64,000 nucleotides of DNA from NCBI GenBank assembly GCA_965178125.1, contig OZ237755.1, forward strand, positions 806,001-870,000, in the 5' to 3' direction. The stretch is from Bilabrum cf. latius. Lineage: Eukaryota. The translations under genes and the position numbers were made by a program. The notes below the pieces were generated by a model that saw nothing but the letters and a program-made list of their open reading frames with translations, made no database searches and was not told where the DNA came from. Shown here piece by piece: positions 11,479 through 24,300 of this stretch (its first letter is position 1; each line of letters begins with the position of its first letter).

Positions 11479-14400
11479 AGCAAGGGCTGGGTGGCAGGCA
11501 CCCCACCGAGCTGCTCCGTGGTTAGCTCCTACACTCGAATCTTGCGATCTCTGCCCTCTACTGCTGCAAGGACGAAAGCCATGCGTTCCGCAACGTCATC
11601 CACGGTGACACTGCCTGTGAGCGAGTATTTCGCTGCCGAAGAGCTCTCGAACGACTCACGCGCCGCTTGGTGCGAAGCCACAGCACATGCCTGGTACAAA
11701 GCGCATGCTGCACGGTACCACCTGAAGAAGAGCGCACTGATGGGGGCCAACGATGCGAGGAGGGCGAAGAGCCGGGCAGGGGGCATGATGGAGGAAGCGT
11801 TCGGCCTCGTGGCGTCCGGGTGGGGCGACACCTTGAGGTGCGTCAGCTCGATCCGGTTGAGGTCCGTGCAGTGGTCCGCGTGGAGGCTCTCCTGTGACAG
11901 ATCCAGCGGCAGGCATGGCGTGGCGGCGGCGGGCAGCGCCACCGCTAGCCTCGCCGACGAGCCCCCCTCTAGCGGGACGGCAGCCATGCCGTACGCAGCC
12001 TCGATTGGGTCAGCGTCCAGGCGGGCTGGCCACGAAGCAGCCACCACCAATCGGCCACGGATGCCCTCTTCCTTGGCCCGACACTCATCAGCGAGGTCAA
12101 GCTGCGAATCCGCGCTCATTGATAGGATCGTGGGCATCCCCGCAAAGTACCTTCGCCTATCGTTGTCAGCAGCTGCGTCCATCACTGTGTCCGACGACGA
12201 GTCAGCATCGGCACGGCTGCCGCATGCGTCCTCGGCTGGATCCGCGGATGAGGGGCCCCCAGCGAGTTTCTTGGTGCGCGCGTCGGTGCGCAGCACGTCC
12301 ACGATCTCCGCTGCGCTGAGAGGCGCGGGCCGGATGGTGTCGCGGTCATACCCGGCACCTCCTAGCTCCCAGGCTGTAGCTAGGAGCAGAGCTGCGGGGG
12401 TGAACTGGTCGCCCAGCGCAAGCCGATACTGCAGCAGCCTAGCACCTTTGCGTGCAGTCTTTTCCGGGGTAGGAACACTGGATCCGTCCGAGGAAGAGAC
12501 CCGCGAAAAGACAAGGGCTCGGGCACGCCTTGCTCCGAGCGCCGTGTACTGCTGCAGCTTGCGCATGAGCAGAGAGGCCAGGAGCTGCTCCGGGTGGTAC
12601 CGCGAGCTGGCATGGGCAATCGAGCCCTCATTCGCCTTGTGGGTAGTGTCACGCAAGGTGATTGCGCCGCGTGCGCCCGCCCTGCCTCCAGGAGCTGCGG
12701 CCAGCAGCCACGCCGTCTGGCTCAGCCTGAGCACCAGATCGTCCTGATGCTTCCGCAGCGCCGTCGGCGGGACGTCATCATGCGGCACCACGGCGGCGTG
12801 AGCAGCCATGGTGAGTGGATACTTCCTGTCCAGGTGAAGGCGGCGCCCAGTGCGACCTGCCGCGTCGCTGCTCCAGGCATCGGACCACACGGGCCCGCAG
12901 GCCGAGCTCCACAGCGCCTGGGCCAGGTCATCGCTCGCTGCGAAATGGTACTGCTGCAGCGTCCATGCCCCGGGACCCGATGCCCGCGGGCCGGCCAGAG
13001 AGAACCCCGCGAGCCTGCCGCCCATCCGCACCCCGTCCCTGCCACCGAACTCGTCAAGGGCGACAAGGGAGTTGCAGCTCACGGTGGTGACGCCCGGCGG
13101 TGCCGCCGCTGCCGGGGGTGTGCTAGCGAGACTCGCAGTCTTAGCTGCCTGGTGCGCCGACAGGCATCGGACCCACGCGGAATACAGCGCGGTCGTCCCG
13201 GGCCACCCGAGGAGCCTCAGCGTACCGAGAGCCGGGAACGCCTCGCTCCAAGCCGTGTGCAGAGGCCCGGGCACGGCGTAGTCAGGCTCCCACCCGCTGC
13301 GACGAGACCCGGAATACGTCCTAGGAAGGGAATCAGTGTCAGCAGAGTCTGAAGTCTGGAGGCCCATCGCGGCTGATTCCCGGAGCCTGGTGCCACCGGT
13401 GGTGCTGCCGTTGCCTGCAGCCGATGTGGCAGCCGCAGCACCCGATGCACCGCCCCCGCCCTTCCCAAGGTCGTCTCCAGACCTCGCGTGGAGCCCATTG
13501 CTGGCAGCCTCGTTGCTCTGCCCCCCCCTGCGCACGGACGCGTGCCTGAACAGGTGCGCGGTCCAGAGCCGCTTGTCCCCGCTGCGCCTCCACTCCTCCA
13601 TGGAGGCACGCGACAGTGCTGCCGAGTACACCGGCGTGAAGGCGGCGAGAGGGCCCGGCGCTCTGCCGAGGCCAGCCAGCTTCCCGCTTTTAGAGCGCAG
13701 CAGCGGCCCGGGAAGCACGAGGGAATCCGAGGAACGCTCATCTGACAGCTGACCACCCCCTCGCACGGTCCCTTGCAGCGAGATGAAGACGTCTTCGTCG
13801 TCCGCTCCGGGACACCCGCCCTGCGCCGCAAGGAGGGCGAGAGACAGCCACAGGGCAGACAGCGGCGACCCCGAGCTCGACACATCTTGCGCTGCAAATG
13901 CGCGGAATGCGGGCAGGGGCAGGGCCTGCAGCGGAAGCGCAACCCGGAGGGAAGCTTCCGGCCTGGGGGGCAGGCGAGTGGGGGCAAGGAGGGGTGTGGC
14001 TGCCACCATCCTGGTGCGCTCCCCGCCCACGATCATGTACGGGACGCGCGGGTCAAGCGGGCGCCTCTTCGGGTGGCCCGCGGCATCCAGCTCAACGGAT
14101 AGAAGGGAAGCGGCAGGAAGCGCCCATCGAGACGCAGAGCGGCCTGCAGCGGTAGCGCCAGAGGTGATTGCAGCCGACTCCACCATTGCCGGCTTTGGCC
14201 AGGTGAAGCACAGCGAGGGCGGAGGCGCGGCCCTGCTGCCGCTGCCAGGCGAGCCATCGTCGGTGGCCGATGCCACCGGCTCTGGAGCTGCCCAGTCCAT
14301 GACCTGCTGCAGTGGCGCAGTCATGAGGGCGGGCATACCCCATCCACCCAGCCGCAGAGCCGGTGGTGCCAGAGTCGCCGCGGAGGACTCGTGCTCCCTG

Positions 14401-16559
14401 GGCTCGTGCACGCCACGGGGCGACACACCGAGCCGAAACCCGCAGGCAGCCGTCCACGCCACCAGCGGAGCCCCGCCTGCACCCACTGCCGCCTCTCTCG
14501 TGGACTGCCCGACGACAGACTCTGCCTGTTCCCTGTCCACCCACGCGGAAGGGTCGCACCTGAGGCCTTGCACGAGCTGCATGAGCAGAGACGACGCCCG
14601 CGTGAAGCCGTGCCTGGCCGCGGCCCCTCGCCACGCGTCCACCCACTCGAACACGCTCACCAGCCCACCGGCAGAGACTGACGCAACGTCCGGATCCATC
14701 GGGTCGTCGTCGGCCCGTGACCCCGACGTCACCGCCGAGTGATACCCGGAACCTCTGAAGGCCGACGCCCCCACCATGCGGCCCCCGCGCTCCCTGCTAC
14801 CTGCCCGGCGACCGCTCGATGCCGAGGCCCCTGACCCCACGCTCCTCCTTCCCGAGCTGTCGTCCCTGCCCCTGTCACGGCTCTCGCTGGACTGCGCGCG
14901 CCGATGCCGGAGGCGATGCCCCCTCCCGTTGTTCCCTGGGTCGTCTTCCGACTTCGCGAGACCATCCACGTGCTCGTTCAGGTTTCGAAAGTACGCGGCC
15001 TGCCCGTGGCCAGCGACACCCGCGGGGGAGATAAGGTCCCTCGGGCCTCCCCCTGACGTCGTGGGTGCCAGCTGCATGGATTGCGTGCTATTTGGTCCCG
15101 TGGAAGCGTCTTCGGAGGCTGCCCCTCCCGCGCCCGAGGAGGCCGAGCCCTAGGTGCTCCCCTGCGGCTCCGCGTTCCGGACCGTGATTGTGGCTGAGGC
15201 CTCGTCGACGCTGCTGCGCCTGCGGGAGGCGCGGCCGCGTCTGCGCCCTCCTTGTGCTGCACCAGATCTAGCCTGCTGCGCTCTCGCCGGTGATCCCGGC
15301 CCCGGCATCTGGGCTGCTTCGGCGGCGACAGCGCCGATCGGAACGAGGCACTGTCGCAGGGCGCGGCGGATTTTCGCGACTGGTGCTGCGCTCACAGGGT
15401 CTTTAAGGCGACCTATTTGCCGCAGGGCACGCGTCTACGACTGCTCAGCGATGGATGGGCCCACTGGCAGCTGCTGCGCCTTCTGCTCGGCCAAGCCTGC
15501 GGCTGGCTGCTGCTCGAAAGCGTCGCTGGAGGCTCTCTGCGTACCACCCGCATCTGGCTTGGAATGTGTTGCTTCGTTTGCCTCATTTTTTGCAGCCACT
15601 AGCGTGTCAATGCACGTTGCAATCGCCAGGTCGAGGTTTGCAGCAAACCTCGGCAGAGGGAGGATCGCTCTGCCCCGGGACACTTCCAAGAATGATGTAA
15701 TAGCTGCTCTAGCAAACTCAGACGGCTGCGAGAGAGCAATTCAAACCAATTATAACTGATAGCGCGTCCTACTCAGCAAAACAGATGTTTTGATGCACAA
15801 CACGGCCTGAGAGCCAGCACAAGCGCCAATCAACATATCTTACCTTAAAGCTAGCAGCCTGACCTTTCGCATACCAAGGAGCCGCTACAATGTGAGATAC
15901 CCAACCTTTTCCTTCTGGGCTAAGCGAGCCATGGCTTGAGGACAGCCGGGCAAGTCCGGCGAGCTCAGAGGCAGCGCGTGCAACGAGGTCGAGCGCTGGT
16001 TGAAGTCTGTCAACGCTCAAATACAAGTTTGAGACTGGCAGTGCACCTCCATCTGGCGAACGGACTACAGAGGCATGCTGCAAGAGCCGCGGGGCTTCTA
16101 CCATCATGGCTGAGTCGGGTGCGAGGGTCGCAATCCGTGGGAGCTTGGAGCTGTACGACAGCGAGCTGGCGTCTGCACCATCTCTTTGACGATCTCTGGC
16201 TGTCTCCAGCTACTCTAAACCTGCTAGCTAGCACAGCTCATGTTCTAACTGATTTGCCCGAAATCCACTGCTCTCTCTGGCTTCACTGCAAACACAACGG
16301 GCAGTGCAACGACGTGGGCATGCGCGGTCATGCGAACACAACAGACAAAGCTCAGCAGCAATATATCAACATAAGCTTACAGTCTAGTCGATATTAGCTC
16401 CGATAGATCACTCGAGATACCCGTTGCTCTAGTACGAAAAAAATCTCGAACTTCGCGAGCCGATATCTCCCCGTTCCCATCTGTGTCGATGGCTTGGAAC
16501 AGAGACTTCACTAGACTATGAATCTACGCTGCTGCATGCAATTCTTCTCGAGAACCCAT
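11217..16559 (-). CDS. Large (~1700 aa) protein with an N-terminal EF-hand; two predicted introns (~16286-16380, 15726-15843)
   Basis: Same-frame ORFs linked by TAG (e.g. 11529, 15150, 15435), stop TGA 11217-11219. GTAAG...CAG introns keep the frame. Canonical EF loop FQAIDTDGNGEISAREV. The start is uncertain. Confidence 0.65.
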
Positions 16560-16950
16560 CGATGCTGCTTCGGATGTTTGCTGGGGCCCCGAGTTGGTGG
16601 ATTGCTGTTGTCGGTATAGACTATCTGCAAACAGGTTTGAAGTGCACCTTACTCTGCTGTCCAGCACACTATCTACGCAGGTGGCACTGCCACACAAGAG
16701 ACCGCGGGTCAAGCTGATCCTGTCGGCATCGATGCATCGGGCGGCGGGTCAAGTGCTGCTGTAAAGAAGACGAAACGTGACGCCAATGTGGCAGCATCTA
16801 CACCCAAAGCCGATACCGTGGCACCAGTACTACCAGATGGCAACTCCTCGTCCGCATCTTCGTCAACCTGATGCTCATCTTTATCTTCATCCTCCCCACA
16901 AGTCGCCTCCACCGCCACATCCCGCGGCCCCTCCAGCGTCGTGCCCGGAT

Positions 16951-18000
16951 CCACCTCCACCCGCACCGGGTCCAGACTCCCAGGCAGGTGCACCTGGCAC
17001 GTCTTCCACCTCCACCCGCACCGGGTCCGGACTCCCAGGCAGGTGCACCTGGCACGTCTTCCACCTCCACCCGCACCGGGTCCGGACTCCCAGGCAGGTG
17101 CACCTGGCACGTCTTCCACCTCCACCCGCACCGGGTCCAGACTCCCAGGCAGGTGCACCTGGCACGTCTTCCACCTCCACCCGCACCGGGTCCGGACTCC
17201 CAGGCAGGTGCACCTGGCACGTCTTCCAGCTCCACCCGCACCGGGTCCGGACTCCCAGGCAGGTGCACCTGGCACGTCTTCCACCTCCACCCGCACCGGG
17301 TCCAGACTCCCAGGCAGGTGCACCTGGCACGTCTTCCACCTCCACCCGCACCGGGTCCGGACTCCCAGGCAGGTGCACCTGGCACGTCTTCCACCTCCAC
17401 CCGCACCGGGTCCGGACTTCCAGGCAGGTGCACCTGGCACGTCTTCCAGCTCCACCCGCTCCGGGTCCAGACTCCCAGGCAGGTGCACCTGGCACGTCTT
17501 CCACCTCCACCCGCACCGGGTCCAGACTCCCAGGCAGGTGCACCTGGCACGTCTTCCACCTCCACCCGCACCGGGTCCGGACTCCCAGGCAGGTGCACCT
17601 GGCACGTCTTCCACCTCCACCCGCACCGGGTCCAGACTCCCAGGCAGGTGCACCTGGCACGTCTTCCAGCTCCACCCGCACCGGGTCCGGACTCCCAGGC
17701 AGGTGCACCTGGCACGTCTTCCACCTCCACCCGCACCGGGTCCAGACTCCCAGGCAGGTGCACCTGGCACGTCTTCCACCTCCACCCGCACCGGGTCCAG
17801 ACTCCCAGGCAGGTGCACCTGGCACGTCTTCCAGCTCCACCCGCACCGGGTCCAGACTCCCAGGCAGGTGCACCTGGCACGTCTTCCACCTCCACCCGCA
17901 CCGGGTCCAGACTCCCAGGCAGGTGCACCTGGCACGTCTTCCAGCTCCACCCGCACCGGGTCCGGACTCCCCGGCAGCTGCACCTGGCACGTCTTCCAGC
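16951..18000. repeat. 55-bp minisatellite, 19 copies
   Basis: Unit CCA(C/G)CTCCACCCGCACCGGGTCC(A/G)GACTCCCAGGCAGGTGCACCTGGCACGTCTT at an exact 55-nt period (16951, 17281, 17941), with no spacers. Confidence 0.95.
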
Positions 18001-18055
18001 TGGACTCACCGCGCCTTCGCAACCACTAGGGCGGGCACATCGCTGCACACCTATA

Positions 18056-18384
18056 TCAATGGGACAGCCAGAATTTCGCCCGGATGGCAGCGGTGAGACC
18101 CTGCATGCCGGAGGTCGGGTCCATCCTGCCGCCGCTGAGCCTCAGAACGGGTGCAGCGTGTCCTCACGAAATACGCCGTATGCCTCGAGCGTGCGGCCGT
18201 CCTCCAGCTGCTTCCCGGCGAAGATCAGGCGCTGCTGGTCCGGGGAGATGCCCTCCTTGTCCTGGATCTTCTGCTTCACATTCTCGACCGTGTCCGACGA
18301 CTCCACCTCAAGGGTGATGGTCTTGCCGGTCAGAGCCTTCACAAAGATCTGACCAGACAGAGGCTTAAACAGCGGGTCGAGCAT
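18056..18384 (-). pseudogene. Ubiquitin-like domain gene with a 1-bp deletion near its C-terminus
   Basis: [55 protein letters not shown]. At ~18150 the frame shifts, and restoring one base gives H.VLRLSGG plus a short extension. Confidence 0.75.
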
Positions 18385-19435
18385 TTGAAGATCGAGCGTG
18401 CCCCCGGCTGGCCCCGCTTACGCCAGAACAACGCGCCTGCATTTGCCAAACACAAGCTGTTTGGGTCCACTGGCGATCACCGGCCGGCAGATGCTGGCAA
18501 TTTTCCCTGCCAGCGGCCAGAGCTCGCGTAGTCACGAGGATGGGGCGACAAGCACAGTGTGTACGTCCTTGGTGCGACCCCAATCATCCGCCCGGGTCCG
18601 CTCTCCCGTTGCTTCCCTGACCCCAATCATCCGCCCGGATCCGCTCTCCCGTTGCTTCCCCCTTGCTGCGTCTTGGGACAGGCAGCCCCCGCCGCATGCG
18701 ACAGGCCCCGATGCGGCGCTGGTCACCCTCCAAAGGCCTAGATAGACCCGAGGTACGTCCACTCCATACTGCAGCTCCGCTCATTAGCATCATAACCAGC
18801 TTCCACGACGTACCAGTGGCAGATCGGAAGATCGATCAGCCCAGGTCGTGGATCTGCTGGACGATTTGCTCCACCGCCTCCGCAGCGTCCACTCGGTGCT
18901 CGCCACCACTACGGCAATCTCCTAGCCCGGCCAAGAGGTCTCCACTAGGCACCTACGCTTTATAGATTGGTGAAATCGGAGATTTTGACTTGCTGTCCGG
19001 ATTCCGTTGTCCTCAGCGTGGCGACCGTCGACACCAGCTAGTCGAGCCAAGTCACCGGTCTCATGCGCCGCACTGAGTCAAAACCGCGAGATAAACTAGG
19101 GCAGTGAGCTTGTCTTGGATCGTGCTCCTATCGGCGGTACCCCAGCGCACTTTGAAATTCGAACTACAGAACTTGCCTCTCGTCGAACTCGACACACTTT
19201 GCCATACCACTCGTCCCGCCAAAAGCCAGGGTAATAAAAATTTACAGGAGCAACAGTCGTCGTGATATTGTCTTGTCTTGGTTGCCCTTACACCGCTTAG
19301 AGCTCTGGGATCGATGACCGGAAGCACGGGCCACCACCGGATGGACGTGCATATGCCGCAAACAAAACAATCAAGCACAAGAGATTAATAAATGGAACTT
19401 GATTCTTTGGAATCGTGAATCAAATCGATTCAATA

Positions 19436-21145
19436 ATGAACTTTGCGTTGCGACGGGCCCGTGCAAGGTTGCAAGTAGCGGTACCGACGTTGCATGGGTT
19501 GTTCGAGCGTGTTAAGGCTGTAGCGCAGGAGGAAACTCCACTTAGTATTGGTATTGTCCTGAACTCGCCGGACTTAGCAGAGGCGGTGGCATTTGCTCGT
19601 AAACGTGCTCGTGGAGATCATGCGGTGATGCCCAAGTGCAAATGGGAGCTTGGAGCTCTTCGTAGCCAAGCCGAGTCACTGATTGCATTGGGATCAGTGA
19701 TCCAAAGCAGTCAGGTTGTTCTTGCAGCTGACGGTGCTGCAGAAGCGCTCTTGGCTCTCCATGAATGTGGGGACTGGGATGGCATGTTGTCAGACGCGAC
19801 AGCTCAGCTTGCCGACTTGGACCCAAAAGCACCCAGTTTCCCCGCAAAGAGCGCAGAACAGGCACACTCAGGATCGTCAATGTCGTCGCTCTGGCTCCCG
19901 AACGTTGTGATTGGCGATTTCGATTCGCTATCGAGGCGCGCCAGGGAGCGGCTCCTCGGCATGAACGCATCCAGCGAGCAGCTGTTGCGCAAGGAAGCTT
20001 CCAGAGCCGGAGATGCTGCAGCGGAGCCCCGTTTGATTATGTGCCGCTCAGAGAGCCAGGACGAGAACGACTTGTTCAAGTGCATCGCTGTGGCCCTCGC
20101 ATGCGGTGAGCATGCACTGGCTGGTGCACCGTCCACTGCTGTCGACGCCCCCTCAAAGGGCGCACATGCAGCAGGGACAGGGGCCACACCGGGTCAAGGC
20201 TTTCCAAGTCGTGAACCAGTGAAACCAATTCAAGCAAGCGCTGCAGGCAGTGAATCAGACACAGACTCCGCCGTCCCGTCCAGCACGAGCCAGGCGTTTC
20301 CCGTGGACGAGCAGCTGGAGGCGATCCTGCGGAGGTGGGACACAGCCAGGGTGCACAGCAGCAACTGCACTCGAAGCTAGTATGAGCGTCATCAAATGGG
20401 CTGTGAGAGTGCTGCTGGCAAGTCTTCAGATCGTGACAGTCACAGTGAGGGTGCCGGTGCCGGTACTGGTGCTGTTGCTGCACCAGTCACGCATGGTCCT
20501 CTCCCGGTTAGCATCACAATTGCGGGTGGGCTGGCCGGCCGTTTTGATCATTGTATGCAAACAATCAACGCGTTGCATTGCTTTGCAGGCCGGGTGCATC
20601 AAATGATGGTGGTAGACCGATCCAGCTGTCTATCTCTGGTACCAGAGGGGCGCAGCACGGTGTTTCCGGCTGCATGGCACGGGGACGGGGTGGGAATCCT
20701 GCCGATCTTCGGGCACCCAGCCGTGCCTCCTGCCCGGGGAGGTCCAGATGGTTCTCTATCGGAGCAAGCAACCGATGATGCGGCCGCCTCGACGCCATCT
20801 GCCATGGATGCGTGGAGCTTGGCGGATGCCAGTGGAGCAAGGCCTCGTGCTGCCGCGGCTAGCACGTCCACATGCGGAACATCTCCCAAAGACAGCGCAC
20901 CTCGCCGTGGCATCTCGTCGGAAGGTCTCAAATGGGACCTGTCGCCTGAGTTGGACCTCCGGTTTGGCGGGATCGTGAGCTCAAGCAACTGCCTGGGGGA
21001 GCGAGCTCGAACGGACGGTGTGCAGCTTGACGTGCCGGCGGGCGCTGCTCTTGTGTGGAGCGCAGACGTGCTGCCCTTGGCAATGTACCTTGAATCATCG
21101 ACTGTGGCAGTGGATGCGCCTGGAAGTATGCAGAAGGCAATTTGA
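19436..21145 (+). CDS. TPK1: Thiamine pyrophosphokinase with low-complexity insertions
   Basis: Motifs AADGAA, VIGDFDS, QDENDLFKC, GGLAGRFDH, SEGLKWDL, FGGIVSSSN. One in-frame TAG (20378-20380) lies between the conserved halves. Stop is TGA. Confidence 0.9.
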
Positions 21146-21357
21146 CGGATGATGACTTGTGATCGAGTCGACCATGCATCCGGATTGCAATGGGCTGCCG
21201 GGTGGCTGGTGGCATGCATGGCTTGCGTCCAGTACGGTTGTACAGACTCTACAGAGGCCTATTGCTCGTCGATTGAAACAATAGAAAACGAAGTAGATAT
21301 AACTCAGATTGACTGCCAAATCATCCCATGGGGCTTTGCACCGCTTGAACAATCGCA

Positions 21358-24300
21358 TCAATCCAGCTAGTCCTCAAGCTCCAAGAGCGTACTGCATGCC
21401 TCCTGCAAGAACGTCCCGCCGGCCGCACTCGCAGCCAGCGAGACGTGCATCCCCAAGCTGCTGGCACCCCCATCAGTGCTGCCGATGTCACTGCCAGCTG
21501 CGCCAGCGTCGTGAGCCCTGGCCTTGCGGTAGCGGTGCCGTGGCCTGGGTCTACGATCCCTCGCACTTTGCATGCGGGAAGTGTCCGCGGCCCCTCGCGC
21601 ATTCGAAGCAGCTGCGAGCTTCAGGTGAGACGCGTGCGAGCCGCCGTGCCTGGTGTGCGACTTTTTTGTCGACCATCTGCTCTGACTGTCCGAGGGCATT
21701 CCCCTGCGACTAGCGCGATACATGCCCCGCCCACCCTCAAGTACACTATCCGTAGACCCGGGGGCGCCGGACTTGGATGCGCGCTGCATGGCAGTATTCG
21801 ACCGATGTGCCACGCTCTCACACGAGTATCCTGGCCGGGGCGCAGCTAGGCGGTTCCCCTCGCGCTGGCGTACGCTAGACTTCGCCGTGCCACTGCGCCG
21901 TTTGTGCCGGGCAGATCTGTCAGAGCGGGACCCTGCGCCAGCCCTTCGGCTCTATGCCACGGTATCCTGGCTTGCGTGCGGTTGCTACTTGGCGGACTGC
22001 TGCACAGGCACGGGTGTTCCCCTGGCTCGCATGGTGGCGTCGAGCCGCTGTATGGACCATGCCACCCTGTCTATTCGCAGGTGGGTCCGCAAGGCAGGCG
22101 ATTGCCGGCTGGCCGCTGCCCGTGACATCTGGGCGGATTCTTGCTGCAAGCCTTGCCCATTCGGCAGTTCGGTCGAAATATCACCCCCAGCGATGCTGCC
22201 GTGCGTCGTCCTTGAGCTCAGCTTGGGTACCGAGCGCTCAGGTTGCGGAGTACTGCATTGCCTTGCCTAGCTGATGCCAGCCTCCAGGTGTCCGATGGAT
22301 CGTCGCAGCTGGTCGATATGAAGCCCGGAACTATCCACAGCTTGAATGGCCCCAGCATCAAGCATAGCGAGCCTGTGCGACGCTATTTCCGACTGTAGTG
22401 GAGCACGCCGCACGGTGCTCCTGGATTCAATGCCAGAGCGTCCACGCTGGGACCGACGTCGGATGGCGGCACGCCCTTCTGATGCAACTCTCCAGCCGAG
22501 CATCACGCGTCCCAGTAGCTTCCTGCCTTGCAAAGCATGGATCCACCGGTGCCACGCGATGGATTTTCGCCGGATGGATTGAAACCAATCCAGCTGCACC
22601 CCTGCTCCACGTGCCCGCTGCAATCGCCTTGCCGCTGCACTCCATGCATGCAGACAACGAAGCTGGGTGCGCCTTGCGTGCCACTGCTACACAGCACTGA
22701 GCAGGCGGGAAGATGCACTGCTAGCCTCCCGCTGCTGCTTCCAGTGCAGCAGTGCGCGGCGACCCAGCCGGATTGCTGCAGAGTGTGCGACAATACAGGC
22801 TACATGTTGCAGGCCAGCAGTTCGTGCGGTCCTCCGGTGCCACTTGCGAAAGCATCGACGCATCGCGAAACACGTGCTAACTCGGAGCAACGCATCCGAC
22901 CGCGCGACTCTCCTCGAGTGTTCCTTGGCCCATGATCGCCACCTGGAGAGAGCAATCGTCACACGCAGCCTGCGCCGAGCAAGGATGACTTGTTCCCCTT
23001 GTCTGCACCGCCTGACGAACTGCACCCACCTTGTATCCAGATAGTGGCGCAGCAGCACACGGCGCAGCACGGACTGCAGCCGAACCAGACCATCCGCGAG
23101 GCAGCGGCGGCGGAACAGGGCGGAGCGCCAGCCACGCCACGACCTATCTAGCGATCTCTTGCTTGTGACTTTAGAGGCTTGGCGGGCAGACTCAAGCAAC
23201 GCATAGCCTCGGATCCTGCCGAACCTCAGTCGCGCCGCCCTGCGTCTCCACTGCCGCAGAGCTCTCGAAGTTCGGAACACGTTGCTCGCTCGCTGGCACT
23301 GATCGTGGAGCTACCGTACCGTTGCATGAGCCTTGCACGATGCAGCCAGTCCTCGCAGTGCGCGCCTAGCGAGCAGACGCCTCGCGAATGCCGCCGCAAC
23401 AGCGATCTTGCCGCGCTGCTCTCGCATCAACGATACAAAGGGCAGCCAGTGCAATCTCAGAGCCGAGCGCATGCGCAGTCTCGATACATGCACCTGCACT
23501 CGTGACTCAGTTTCTCGGAGCGCCTTCAATGCTCGGAGTCGCTGTCTCCAGTGTCGGATTGCAACAAGTGTTGCAGCTCGCGCGAGGAGCCTGTCGGCCT
23601 GCCTCTCCTTCTGCAGCACTGGACGCGCTTGCTGCTGCCAGCACCGCAGCACCTGCCGCAGCCTGCAGCGCTTAAGCACACGGGCTGCCTGCAAACGGCC
23701 ATTTGCAGCAGACGCGCACCATTGAAATGCGCAGAATCCGGCTTTTAGGCCCATGGATTTCTCGGCGCTCTGGAGGCTTGGCACGATCCGAGCCACGGCA
23801 AGCGCCGCCATCCATGCCCTTAGAGACCGCCGGGCCCTCGCCCTGGCACACGCATACGCCAGCTATCCACCAAGCCTCTGCAGCAGAACAACCCGTTTCC
23901 AAGCTGCAATGGCTGTCTTGCATTCGCGCGACGCCCGGGCCGCAGCCATGGCCTGGCACACACGGCGCACCCGGAGGCGCTCCCTCCACGCGGCGAAGCA
24001 GTGCCTCCTCACTGCAGCATGGCTGCGACTCTGGCACGCTGCCTCTGCCTTGCTTAGATGAACGAGTCTGGTCAGCCTCCTCCATACCTTCCTGGCGAGC
24101 TGTCTCCGCCAGTGCTGCTCGGACAGCAGGAGCCTGGCTCGCCTCCACTGCACCGCACCGGACCCTCCTCGCGAAGCGGCGAGGCGACCCATGACCAGTT
24201 GCCACTAGCGCCATGCTGCGCGTTTCTTCCGATGCATGGATCTGGCTCTCGTTTGAACGGATCGAAGCCGGTCCAGCACAGCCTTCAGCAAGCGGACTCT

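Noticed and set aside
11116-12747. Long antisense ORFs (also 28887-30302 and 38703-40106)
   Set aside because: They are shadows of GC-rich genes on the opposite strand.
16951-18000. CRISPR array
   Set aside because: Units are contiguous with no unique spacers, there are no cas genes, and the context is eukaryotic.
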